Of a stretch of DNA of 64,000 nucleotides, positions 39,079 through 48,438 are shown piece by piece; within the stretch, counting starts at the first letter, position 1; the number at the start of each line of letters is the position of its first letter. This stretch comes from a virus (Duplodnaviria; Heunggongvirae; Uroviricota; Caudoviricetes): the IMG/VR virus record IMGVR_UViG_3300005323_000039, positions 1 to 64,000 of that record; one strand, written 5' to 3'. The notes under the pieces are model-generated. The model did not search any database. It was not told the DNA's origin and saw only the letters and a program-made list of their open reading frames with translations. Position numbers and translations under genes: made by a program.

Positions 39079-39190
39079 GCCAATGTGGCACGTTAGGACG
39101 AGCGGACGGCCTGTAACATACAATCTGGACAGAGTGCTAGATATTTTGCAAGTGACCGTCAGATAGAGGGTTCGAATCCCTCCATTGGCT
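39079..39190 (+). tRNA. intron-containing tRNA (about 39-nt intron in anticodon loop; anticodon tentatively UGU/Thr, uncertain)
   Basis: 7-bp acceptor stem GCCAATG/CATTGGC, U8, D-arm GCAC-GTTAGGAC-GAGC with GG, anticodon stem GACGG/CCGTC enclosing about 46 nt instead of 7, variable loop AGATA, T-arm GAGGG-TTCGAAT-CCCTC; no encoded CCA. Confidence 0.55.
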
Positions 39191-39263
39191 TTAAATTGTT
39201 AATTTTTACGTCCGTACCACAGATTAAAAATACTTATATATGTTAGACGCCACGATATAAAGT

Positions 39264-39494
39264 ATGGCCGCAAGACGCGATAGTTTGGATATTATTGTAG
39301 AAGTTCTAAAGCATGCTACTACTCCACGTCACAAGTCCTACCTGGTGATTAAAGCGAATGTTAATCATCGGATAATTGTAGGAGTGCTTGAAAAGGCAAC
39401 AAATATGGGCTTAATCGTGAAAGAAGGATCGTGCTACAGAACAACAGAAGCTGGACACAAACTTTTATCTAAATATCAAGAAATTGTGGTTTAG
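39264..39494 (+). CDS. winged-helix DNA-binding protein candidate
   Basis: 76 aa; TATA-like box about 25 nt upstream; sequence pattern compatible with archaeal wHTH regulators. Confidence 0.35.
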   Translation: MAARRDSLDIIVEVLKHATTPRHKSYLVIKANVNHRIIVGVLEKATNMGLIVKEGSCYRTTEAGHKLLSKYQEIVV

Positions 39495-39846
39495 AGTGAT
39501 TTGAATGTAATATGTCGCGAACTATCAGATTAAAGGGTTACTGGCACAGGCACTCTCCAGCTAAACGCAGGCGACAGTCTAATCGAAACTTTAGACACTC
39601 CGAGCGACAATTGTTCAAGAAGTACGGCACGATTTTACGTCCAACAAAAGACAGAGGCTATGATTATTGGTGAAAGCTAAAAAATTATATGAATTCGAAG
39701 AATTGACGCTACAAACAGGCAAATTCATTCAAGTTTGGTATGTGAGGAATGGGTTCCAAGCAGGCCGCGAATGGTGGATAAAGCACAAAAAGATTGACCC
39801 TCTAGAGCATACAATCATTAAAAGGACTTTAGTAAAAGAGTAAAAA

Positions 39847-39981
39847 TTAACCAGAAGCTACGTCTATATCGACACCACCGCACTTGGGACAACCTGCATT
39901 CGAGGCGCGTTCGGCTGCTTCTGTCGTGTAAAATTTCTTGTGGCATTCCTGACACTCAAACAATGGAACCTTCTTGACCAT
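39847..39981 (-). CDS. small zinc-ribbon protein (44 aa)
   Basis: Manually translated: MVKKVPLFECQECHKKFYTTEAAERASNAGCPKCGGVDIDVASG; CxxC...CxxC; preferred over overlapping Arg-rich track ORF 39864..40088. Confidence 0.35.
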   Translation of the reverse strand: MVKKVPLFECQECHKKFYTTEAAERASNAGCPKCGGVDIDVASG

Positions 39982-40293
39982 ATGACCACCTTCAGTAGTT
40001 GTTTCCTCTCCAGCGGCCTTGTGCCTTTGTTTGTGCGATTTGGCGCTTCTTTGTTTCTTTGCTTACCACGTGTTCTGCCTCCAACCACTCCATAGTACGT
40101 ACTAGAATTTATAGTTTGCGATTAAACAACAATCTAATGGACATGATATAATGGTTCAGACAAACTCCAAATACTACATTCGATGCCAAGACCATCTAAA
40201 GCCTTTAGATGAATTAATATGTTCGGTTTGTAAGGCTCGTGAAGAAGAAGCAAAAAGACGTGCAAAGGAAAAAGAGGAAGCAGAAGATTAGAG

Positions 40294-40554
40294 TCACCCA
40301 AACATGGGGTCAAATTGCGCAGACTTGTACGGATTCTCTATAACGTGCGGCCTGATTTGGATGCCGTCTGGATCCAACCCATGTCGCTGTACTGCTGCCT
40401 TGAGTTCTCCAACGAGGGCATCTTGTGCGGAAGGGTCCGCTGCCAGTCCTATTCCAATGCCCTCTATCTCGATCATGTAGTCCATAGCTTCTGCCACAGT
40501 TTGCCTGTCGATAACTTCAGTTGTTTCATCTTTGCGTACGATTAAGAACTTCAT
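40294..40554 (-). CDS. hypothetical protein
   Basis: Minus-strand ORF in small opposite-strand cassette; locally GC-richer. Confidence 0.4.
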   Translation of the reverse strand: MKFLIVRKDETTEVIDRQTVAEAMDYMIEIEGIGIGLAADPSAQDALVGELKAAVQRHGLDPDGIQIRPHVIENPYKSAQFDPMFG

Positions 40555-40818
40555 GCTAACACCACGCCCTCTATACGTACAACTAGTATTTGAGCGTTAC
40601 GACACGCCATGCTACAACAAAGTTTTAATACAATAAACACCAACTTCTATGTATGATAGAGGTTAAACGATATCACCAGGATATGGGAATAGTTCAAATT
40701 GCTGAAGAAGATGGCTGGATGAAAGGCATTGCTGTTAAGCATGATGAAGTCAAAAAACTTGTTAGTGATATAAAAGCGTTGTATCCTGAAATTGATTTTG
40801 ATTAAATTTTATTACTTT

Positions 40819-41052
40819 TTACCACATATCGCATTCATTTTTCCAGCATTCTGTAGCCTCTATCAGATTTTTTCCAACGTAGTAAGTGTCGTGACTGTTG
40901 TGAGTGAAATCCATCATGCTGACCCAATAATACTTATCATTATATAAGAGTAATCTGATGGATACGTTGCCAAAGGGATTAACAGCCTTTATAATTTTCG
41001 ATTTTCTGAACAAATTGAATCCCAATGTTCTATCTTGTATCATTTGAGTCAT
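40819..41052 (-). CDS. hypothetical protein
   Basis: Minus-strand ORF, C-terminal CWKNEC. Confidence 0.35.
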   Translation of the reverse strand: MTQMIQDRTLGFNLFRKSKIIKAVNPFGNVSIRLLLYNDKYYWVSMMDFTHNSHDTYYVGKNLIEATECWKNECDMW

Positions 41053-41159
41053 GATGTGTCACTTCCGCTACAAGTAGCATTTGAATACTATTTAAACGTT
41101 GCGTACACTTTACGTTCTTTTGGTTATATTGATTATACGTTGTTTAGAGGTTTGTTCTG

Positions 41160-42383
41160 ATGCACATAAAAATTTTGATTCCTTACAACTCATTAAAGAT
41201 ACTCAACAATATTAAATTAAATTATAAATGTGAGTTTAACGGCACTGATAATAAGTGCAACTTGAATAAAGATGATAAAAATGATGAAGAGTCATCTGAG
41301 TTTGGCTATGGGCTTCACTTAGTAAAGTTACCTAATGGAGAATATTCAGCGGTGGATGCAGCTGGAGAATCCATATATAAAGGAAGCAAAAGTGGAGCAA
41401 TTACTTCGATTGGAATAATGGAACGGCGATATAAGAAGTGGCCCAAATATATTCCAAAAGAAGCGAAAAATATTACCAAAAATAAGTCTTCATCTGAAAA
41501 GAAATCAAAAAGATCTGAAGAAAAAGTAGATAAGACACCAAAACCAAGATCAAAATCAAAACCAAACGATGATACTCAAAAAGAATCTAAGCCAAGTGAA
41601 GAATCGTCAAAACCTTCTCCTAAAGAAGAAACAACAACGTCAAATGTCAGTGAAGCAAAACTAAAAAAAGAGGAAGCATGGGAAATTTTAATACAAGGAA
41701 AGGATAGTGGAGAAGTAAAAACATTACGAAAGGAATACGAAGCTGCCGAAGACAACTATTATACAACGGTTTTGAACGAAACTTCAGAAACTGATAATGT
41801 TTTTCGAGAAGTTACACTCGGAACTACTGGATTAAAATCGTCAATGTTAGAATACAAAATAAATGGAAAATATAGTGTATTCTCAGATAAAGGAGTAAAT
41901 AAATCTGACGTAGGTAGAATTGTGGAGTATGTTTCTAGAGCACCACCTGCTTTGCAAGATAAAGCTTACAAAATATATTTAACAAAATCTGCGAATCCCA
42001 ACGACGAAATAAATACCAAAAGGTATGGAAGCAAATTTGTTTCTAGTGCGTGCAGAAGTCGCGATGGTAGCATAACGTGTTTTAATTCTTCCAGAGGACG
42101 ATTAGCTATGTCGTCGACAATTTACCATGAATTAGGACATTCCGTAGATGGAACAGAATTCGATATTTCTGGAGGTTCTGATTGGAAAAACGCTGTTCAA
42201 TCAGACGGTGGAAATGGTGTAGATAGTTATTCACAAGACAGTATGAAAGTTTATGGCAAAACGTCTCGAAAATATGCCGAAGATTTTGCAGTAAGCATTT
42301 CTGAATATACAATGAACAAAGAGCAATTTGAGAAAAAGTATCCCAATCGCTCAAAAATACTCAGACGCACGTTGAGGGCGTGA
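41160..42383 (+). CDS. HExxH zinc metallopeptidase-like protein with Lys/Ser/Glu-rich low-complexity N-terminal half
   Basis: STIYHELGHSVDG motif in C-terminal globular half; low-complexity region about residues 90-170. Confidence 0.4.
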   Translation: MHIKILIPYNSLKILNNIKLNYKCEFNGTDNKCNLNKDDKNDEESSEFGYGLHLVKLPNGEYSAVDAAGESIYKGSKSGAITSIGIMERRYKKWPKYIPKEAKNITKNKSSSEKKSKRSEEKVDKTPKPRSKSKPNDDTQKESKPSEESSKPSPKEETTTSNVSEAKLKKEEAWEILIQGKDSGEVKTLRKEYEAAEDNYYTTVLNETSETDNVFREVTLGTTGLKSSMLEYKINGKYSVFSDKGVNKSDVGRIVEYVSRAPPALQDKAYKIYLTKSANPNDEINTKRYGSKFVSSACRSRDGSITCFNSSRGRLAMSSTIYHELGHSVDGTEFDISGGSDWKNAVQSDGGNGVDSYSQDSMKVYGKTSRKYAEDFAVSISEYTMNKEQFEKKYPNRSKILRRTLRA

Positions 42384-42531
42384 TATAATGGAGAAAGAAA
42401 GAATAATATTTTTTGACAAAAATGAAAACATTGTTTCTGACATCAAATATGCTAAAAGTTTTATAATTATATCAGATCGTGATGGTTCATTTGAAGAAAC
42501 ATTTGGAACAATTGAACGATAGGGATTATTC

Positions 42532-44199
42532 ATGAATTATTCGTTTAATTACGAACAATATCGAGCAGAGGCTATACGCCACAAGCAAACCAAAAGTATT
42601 CCTCCTGAAGAAATTAAAACAAATGCTAAACGTAAGACACGAGTTGTTGGGGACCCTTACCCTATACTCCCAACCTATAGCACAATATATAATCGTATTA
42701 CGCCGGACCTTCTAGAAGCAACCGCAAAGGTCGCGCCAGTTCAACGCTCCTTACGACAATTGGAGCTTATAGCGTTTCCTTGGTTCGAATTCAACGTAGT
42801 TGCGCCTGGAGTAGGTGAAGCTGAAAACAAGCAAGAGCAGGCCCTACTCGACCGCATGAAGCAAGAAGATAAACGTTTAAAAACGAACACTCTCTGCAAG
42901 CAGTCTTTTTATGATTTGATAACGTACGGTAGTGCTCTATTCGAGAGAGTATGGGTCACAACAAAAGATGGGTGGATCGTGCCCAACCTCCAAAGGTTGC
43001 CTGCAAAGTCCTTTAGCTATGCCGTGCCTGAAATCCAGGGAAATCCTACACGATATTTAGTCGGCAGAATTTTAAAGGGTATTGTATATGACAAGCAGGA
43101 ACAAAGAATGCGGTTTTTCCAGAAACAATCTACCAGCTCTGTTCCTGTAGAAATCGACGCAGAAAATGTAATCCATCTAAAGGATGAATGTTCGAATTAC
43201 GTTGACGGCGATCCGTATCTCGCAGGTATCGTTTCTACGGTGACTCAATTGGAGTTCGCCCGCAAGCGTATGATGCAAACAGTTAGTAGAGGAGGAGCTC
43301 CAAACGCTATAGTCAAAGTCGGATTACCGGACAGCTTTAAAGATGACACAGGTTCGAAGGACCTCACAACGGCAATGCCTGGAGCAGGCACAACCCCTAA
43401 CGACCAAATCTATACTGACTTGTGGGAGTATGCTACACTTTTAGTCCAAAACCAATCCTCTGATACTGCTATAGCTGTGCCAGAAGGTGTAGATTTCCAA
43501 TACCAAAACATTCCGATATCGTTGGATCCCACTGTGCCCGATAGCTATTTAATTCGAGAACTCATATCGCACATATTTCCAAGAGATGTTTTAGAAGTTC
43601 TTTCACAATCAATCAGTACCACATCCGCTCCCCTGTTAGAACTCCTCAAAATGATGATTCAGGGGTGGCAAGCTGTATGCTCCACTCCATTCGAAAAGGT
43701 TTGGACAGAGTTTGCTCAAAAGAACGGATTCGATTTATACGAAGTTTATTTTGATTGGGCTCCCTTCATTCCTGATGATCCCGCCAACGAACATAAATTG
43801 GCTCTAGAGAAATTCATGGTGCACACTATCACGCTAGATGAATACAGAGAATCGATTGGACTAGATCCTTTAGATAAGGCGCAAAGGGTTGTTATATATG
43901 AGGAGCTGACGCGGTGGAAGTCACCTGCGCAGCCTCCCCAACAGCAGTTCGGACAAGCTGGAGCAAGTGAAGATGGCGACATGGGGCCAACTCCAACCGA
44001 AGGCAACGAATTGACTCAACCAACTGATCTTGTCCAAGAAGAACAAAAATTAAATGAAGTGTTCGATGGCGTAAGAACTTCTGCTACATTGGATGAAGAA
44101 CTCATGGGGATTCTACGAGATACTGGTTCAATTGCAATGAAGGTTCTTAAAAGCGCGAACTATTTTGAAGTTTCCAAAACATCATCAATAAAAGGATAG
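42532..44199 (+). CDS. portal protein candidate
   Basis: 555 aa; position between terminase and MuF-like/scaffold/capsid genes; acidic C-terminus. Positional inference. Confidence 0.45.
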   Translation: MNYSFNYEQYRAEAIRHKQTKSIPPEEIKTNAKRKTRVVGDPYPILPTYSTIYNRITPDLLEATAKVAPVQRSLRQLELIAFPWFEFNVVAPGVGEAENKQEQALLDRMKQEDKRLKTNTLCKQSFYDLITYGSALFERVWVTTKDGWIVPNLQRLPAKSFSYAVPEIQGNPTRYLVGRILKGIVYDKQEQRMRFFQKQSTSSVPVEIDAENVIHLKDECSNYVDGDPYLAGIVSTVTQLEFARKRMMQTVSRGGAPNAIVKVGLPDSFKDDTGSKDLTTAMPGAGTTPNDQIYTDLWEYATLLVQNQSSDTAIAVPEGVDFQYQNIPISLDPTVPDSYLIRELISHIFPRDVLEVLSQSISTTSAPLLELLKMMIQGWQAVCSTPFEKVWTEFAQKNGFDLYEVYFDWAPFIPDDPANEHKLALEKFMVHTITLDEYRESIGLDPLDKAQRVVIYEELTRWKSPAQPPQQQFGQAGASEDGDMGPTPTEGNELTQPTDLVQEEQKLNEVFDGVRTSATLDEELMGILRDTGSIAMKVLKSANYFEVSKTSSIKG

Positions 44200-44203
44200 T
44201 TGT

Positions 44204-45397
44204 ATGCCTACACATCAACCCAAAAATTTCCAACAGTTGCTTAAGTTGTTGGAACAACCCTCAGGAGAATATCCAGCAGCTCTGGAAGCTCTATGGCCTA
44301 AAGTTAGTACACCGCTCGCAAAGGAATTGTTGAAGAAGAATTGGAGCTTGTGGGCCAGACTATGGGCCAAACAAGGCGCAAAAAGTTACCTAACGGGCGC
44401 GCGCGTACATGCAACGAAGTCCGGCATTCCTTATTCTGGAGAAATTGGTACCAGATCTAAAGAATATTTTTTGCAACATGGGCTGGATTTGGTTAAAGGA
44501 ATGACTGAAACCGACCTACAAACTGTAAAGGATGGTATGTTGGAGTGGTGGGGTGTTGGTGAGGAGCAGTTCGCTCGGAACTTGAGTGAGTCATATGTAG
44601 CATCTCCAGAACGATTAAAAACAATTTACAGAACTGAGCACCATGATGCTCAAAATCAGGGCGCGCAAGACCTTGCAAAAGAAGTAGGACATGATACAAA
44701 AACCTGGTTTAGTGCGCACGATGAACGATCATGTCCTATATGTGGCGAGCAATTACACGAAAAAACAATCCCTATTGATGAAGAATTTGTTGCATACTAC
44801 ACTCGGAAGGACGGGAGCGAGATTGAAATTAGAGTGCAGCATCCTCCGGCTCACCCGCGATGCTATTCACATGATACAGAAGTTTTCACAGAGAATGGTT
44901 GGAAACTCTTCAAGAACGTTCTACCTGACGAAAAAATTTGGACTCTAAATTTAACCAATAACCAAGTAGAGTTATCAGAACAAATAAATCAGGTAAGATA
45001 TTGGTACGAAGGTTGCTTAATTCACTTTAATGGAAGTGCAATTGATTGTTTAATAACTCCAGACCATTCGATGCTAGTTGCAAATAGCAATGGTTTCGAA
45101 TTAATCGATGCATCAAAAGTTGCTCCAACTGATCGCATTTTGCTAGGATTTTTACCCGAAGAACGCACAATATCGTACGACTATTCCATAAATAGTGTTA
45201 AATATAATGACATAGTATATTGTGTAGAAATGGAGAAAAACAACACGTTATATGTTAGGCGCAATGGTAAAGCTAATTGGGCAGGCAACTGCAGATGCTC
45301 CATTATAACCACAAAAGATAAAACTGAAGCGCGCCAAAACGCTCGCTCTAATATGAAGCTCAATTACAGTGACGACCAGCCCCGCGACGAGAAATAA
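44204..45397 (+). CDS. Mu-F/SPP1-gp7-like head morphogenesis protein interrupted by a mini-intein
   Basis: Immediately after portal candidate; conserved C-terminal HPxCRC motif is split as HPPAHPR | intein | CRCS. Confidence 0.6.
   Translation: MPTHQPKNFQQLLKLLEQPSGEYPAALEALWPKVSTPLAKELLKKNWSLWARLWAKQGAKSYLTGARVHATKSGIPYSGEIGTRSKEYFLQHGLDLVKGMTETDLQTVKDGMLEWWGVGEEQFARNLSESYVASPERLKTIYRTEHHDAQNQGAQDLAKEVGHDTKTWFSAHDERSCPICGEQLHEKTIPIDEEFVAYYTRKDGSEIEIRVQHPPAHPRCYSHDTEVFTENGWKLFKNVLPDEKIWTLNLTNNQVELSEQINQVRYWYEGCLIHFNGSAIDCLITPDHSMLVANSNGFELIDASKVAPTDRILLGFLPEERTISYDYSINSVKYNDIVYCVEMEKNNTLYVRRNGKANWAGNCRCSIITTKDKTEARQNARSNMKLNYSDDQPRDEK
44861..45289 (+). other. mini-intein (143 aa, no endonuclease domain) within head morphogenesis gene
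   Basis: Block A CYSHDTEVFTENGW, block B TPDHSMLV (TxxH), C-terminal ...NWAGN followed by +1 Cys; excision restores HPPAHPR-CRC motif of host protein. Confidence 0.65.
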
Positions 45398-45944
45398 ACT
45401 TTACGTCACACTCCATACTATTGATACTAAAGATTACGGAGACACTACATGGTATGGAACTTTTCTAAAACACAAGGTTGGACATATTCAACAATTGAGC
45501 AAACATTAACTCTAACACAGAACGAACCAACTCCAATCGTTGTAACAGCAACAGGAGATACACTAGATGTGCCTGTTGTTGGTGAGGATTTGATTAAAAC
45601 GAAGCCAAAATCTACCCGCAAACGACGCAAACAATTAAACGAAGCATAAACTTTAATTCGATTAAAGTGATGAGGAGGCGGAGCAAGCCGTCTGATTGCC
45701 TGCTCCATATGGTAGCAACTGTTCATCGTGAACTCTAAACGTACTTTGGCCCAAGTGGGCTCGTCGCAGAGGGGATGTAGATCCTATTCATCGCATTGCT
45801 TTGCTCGTAGGATCAAGCTCGAAGGGATCCATTGTGCGAGGGGTCGCACACTAAAGTCCGTACATTGTTTGTTTGTACGTTGCCTTAGCAATAACATAGT
45901 ACGCATTAATTGTATATATACTTTACGCTCTACTCTAACTCCCA

Positions 45945-46418
45945 TTGAAACTTTACGTCCTCCTAATTATATTGATATTCTATTTATTCATCGTACAGGT
46001 GATTTTTATTCCATCCAGTAATACTAAAGTTAGGATTGCACTCGACCTTCAATTGATTAAAATTATTCCTTTTATTAAATTAAACGTTAATCATTGTCAT
46101 AATCCTGCTGGAGGGTCAGATGGCGGCCAATTCTGTTCTGATTCGAATTCTGGAAGTGCTGGCGGATCGTTTACGCCATTAAAGAGTGGCCTCAAACCAT
46201 CTCATTTAGGCAAAGGCACAATTGGTTCAGAGCATAAACGTTACTTGGTAACTAAATTAATTGAGGAAAAACGCTCAATGGCATCTCGCGAAGGCACAAG
46301 CGACGAGGATAAAGCGAGGCTTGGGCGCGAAGCTGACCGCATGGAACGCGGCCTGAACAAAGCACTTGCAGACAAACTAAGACATAGCCGCAACGCACAA
46401 GCATCACGCCATACATAA
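45945..46418 (+). CDS. basic hypothetical protein (Gly/Ser-rich, Arg-rich C-terminus)
   Basis: ORF between MuF-like and scaffold candidate. Confidence 0.35.
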   Translation: MKLYVLLIILIFYLFIVQVIFIPSSNTKVRIALDLQLIKIIPFIKLNVNHCHNPAGGSDGGQFCSDSNSGSAGGSFTPLKSGLKPSHLGKGTIGSEHKRYLVTKLIEEKRSMASREGTSDEDKARLGREADRMERGLNKALADKLRHSRNAQASRHT

Positions 46419-46448
46419 TTTTAAGCATAATTTTAAGGTCTGTTTTCG

Positions 46449-47651
46449 ATGGAATTAAAATATAATGCTGCCTCAAAGGGTGGTCATATTTTATATGAAG
46501 ATAATGACATTGTCGAAGTTCCGATTGTCGTAATGAAAGAAACTGTGACCACCGGCAACGATGGAATTGCGACATTCAAACCGTACGAAAATTTTAAAGA
46601 TGATGCACATTGGCTAACGGGAATGCCCGTTTTGAAGGGACACACTCGCCCTGACGAAATCGTCACGTACAAGCATAAACGTATAGGACAAATTTTGAAC
46701 GTTCGAGCTCGTGATGATAAGCGCGACGTTGTAGGCAAGGTACGATACTTCAAAAAAGATCTCACGCCTGAGGAAATCGCACGTATCAAGGGGCCAGATT
46801 CGTTTGACGCCTCGATCGCATATACAACGGACACTGTTCCATCTGATGGCGAATTCCACGGTCAAAAGTATAACGCAATCGAAGGGACCTCCAAACGCTG
46901 GCACTTCTATCACGTCGCTGAACTCGATAAAGGCAAGGGCGCGTGTAGTGAGTGCGGCATAAAATTAAATTCTATTCATTCTATTGATTGTAACGAATAC
47001 AACGAACCTAATGGTGTTGATAAATTGTCTGATAAAATTGACCCAACTCTAACTGATACTAAACAAAACGCTGCTGATGCAGAAGACGACATGATAGAAG
47101 ATGAAGAATCTTCTGAAGCAGGTAAAACTGATAAAACTGCTGTATGTAAAAAGAATAAATCTAGTGCAAAATGCAAAAAACTTATGGAAGCTGATAAAGA
47201 AATGACTGAAGAAGTTAAGGAAAATTCCGTCCCATCTAATGAGACGATTACACTCGAAGCTGTCCTCGATACGGACGCTGTAGTAAAGCTAAATGAAACT
47301 ATAGAGTTGCTCGGAGCCGAAGTTAAAACTCTCGCTGGTCACGTCAACACTCTAATGACTGAAAGAGAGTCATTCGTACAAAAGCAAAACGCCGCAAAAG
47401 AAGACGCAGACAAAACCGCCTTTGGTATGCGATTAAACGCTGCTGCACGTGTCAAACTTGATGAACATTGGACTGGCTTCAAGTCCGAAGGTTTCGCATA
47501 TCTTAATGCTCACCCTGAAATTGAGTCCAGAGCAGACGTGAAGCAGAATGCTGGATTGCAAGGCTCTGCACACCTCACTCCGGGAGTTTCTCTAGCGGAA
47601 GCTCGCGCGCAACTGGTTAAAACTCAGCGCGAAAAGCACAAAATCGTTTAA
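46449..47651 (+). CDS. prohead protease / scaffold-like protein candidate
   Basis: N-terminal about 170 aa resemble HK97-type prohead protease (S78) core pattern; C-terminal acidic coiled-coil typical of scaffold; position upstream of capsid candidate. Confidence 0.4.
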   Translation: MELKYNAASKGGHILYEDNDIVEVPIVVMKETVTTGNDGIATFKPYENFKDDAHWLTGMPVLKGHTRPDEIVTYKHKRIGQILNVRARDDKRDVVGKVRYFKKDLTPEEIARIKGPDSFDASIAYTTDTVPSDGEFHGQKYNAIEGTSKRWHFYHVAELDKGKGACSECGIKLNSIHSIDCNEYNEPNGVDKLSDKIDPTLTDTKQNAADAEDDMIEDEESSEAGKTDKTAVCKKNKSSAKCKKLMEADKEMTEEVKENSVPSNETITLEAVLDTDAVVKLNETIELLGAEVKTLAGHVNTLMTERESFVQKQNAAKEDADKTAFGMRLNAAARVKLDEHWTGFKSEGFAYLNAHPEIESRADVKQNAGLQGSAHLTPGVSLAEARAQLVKTQREKHKIV

Positions 47652-47722
47652 ATTTTGAACAAATGATTAATTTTTATTAATTTATATTACAATTTGAATA
47701 AACTTTTAGGAGATAAAATTAA

Positions 47723-48394
47723 ATGTCTATTACTTTTAAGGGAGTCAAGACCTCTTACAGCGGAATGCAAAAGCGTGGTCTGACTGCAAGTGAAGTACCG
47801 TTTGGAGCGTTCGTTACAAGATCTGCAGATGGTACTGTGAAGGCCCAAGTTACGAATGTTCCTTACGAATATCTTGGGGTTGCTGTAGAATCTGAAGTTG
47901 AACAGCGTCCATACGATGGATTCTTTGCAGCAGGCAAGAACGTAAGTTACGTTGCAACAGGCGTCGTCAACGCATGGTTGCTCGGAGGAGACACTGTTGA
48001 TAGTGGAGATTTTGTCAGATTTCCGGCAACTCTTGGAGCTGGTACAGAATCACTAGGTGTGGTATCTGTCGAAAGCACTCCCACAACTAGAACTGCATAT
48101 TCTGTTGGAAGAGTCACACAAACTTCTGACGCAGGTAGCGCAGACTATGACCAAACAATTGCCTCGATTAGTGGCTCCACTGTTACATTCGGACTAGCTG
48201 CAACTTTGACGGCCTTGGGACTGGTCAGAGGAGACTACGTTGTTATTGATAGTAACGAAGCTGCCGAAGTTAATCGTATTGTTGACCCTGCAGCCTCAAC
48301 CGTAACATGTACATGCGTGAAGCCTCCGCTCGCGACGCACGCAAATGCAATCAAAATGTACAAACTCGTTCCGATTGAAATCGAATTAATCTGA
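47723..48394 (+). CDS. structural protein candidate (head decoration?)
   Basis: Gly/Thr/Val-rich, beta-rich composition; between scaffold and capsid candidates. Confidence 0.35.
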   Translation: MSITFKGVKTSYSGMQKRGLTASEVPFGAFVTRSADGTVKAQVTNVPYEYLGVAVESEVEQRPYDGFFAAGKNVSYVATGVVNAWLLGGDTVDSGDFVRFPATLGAGTESLGVVSVESTPTTRTAYSVGRVTQTSDAGSADYDQTIASISGSTVTFGLAATLTALGLVRGDYVVIDSNEAAEVNRIVDPAASTVTCTCVKPPLATHANAIKMYKLVPIEIELI

Positions 48395-48438
48395 ACACCT
48401 TTTCTAATTTTTTATTAAATTTATAGGAGACAAATTAT

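Noticed and set aside
39030-39263. tRNA as an integration (att) site indicating a provirus boundary
   Set aside because: No integrase or recombinase gene is present in the window and viral genes continue on both sides without host-like genes. Noted only as a possible insertion hotspot for the adjacent accessory cassette.
39864-40088. Track ORF on the minus strand (74 aa, Arg/Lys/Gly-rich)
   Set aside because: A different minus-strand frame over the same DNA gives a clean CxxC...CxxC zinc-ribbon (39847..39981), which is more protein-like. The Arg-rich frame is likely noise.
45728-46021. Track ORF 45728..46021 (97 aa)
   Set aside because: Arg/Cys-rich implausible translation spanning a palindrome-rich intergenic region and a promoter box. 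Treated as non-coding.
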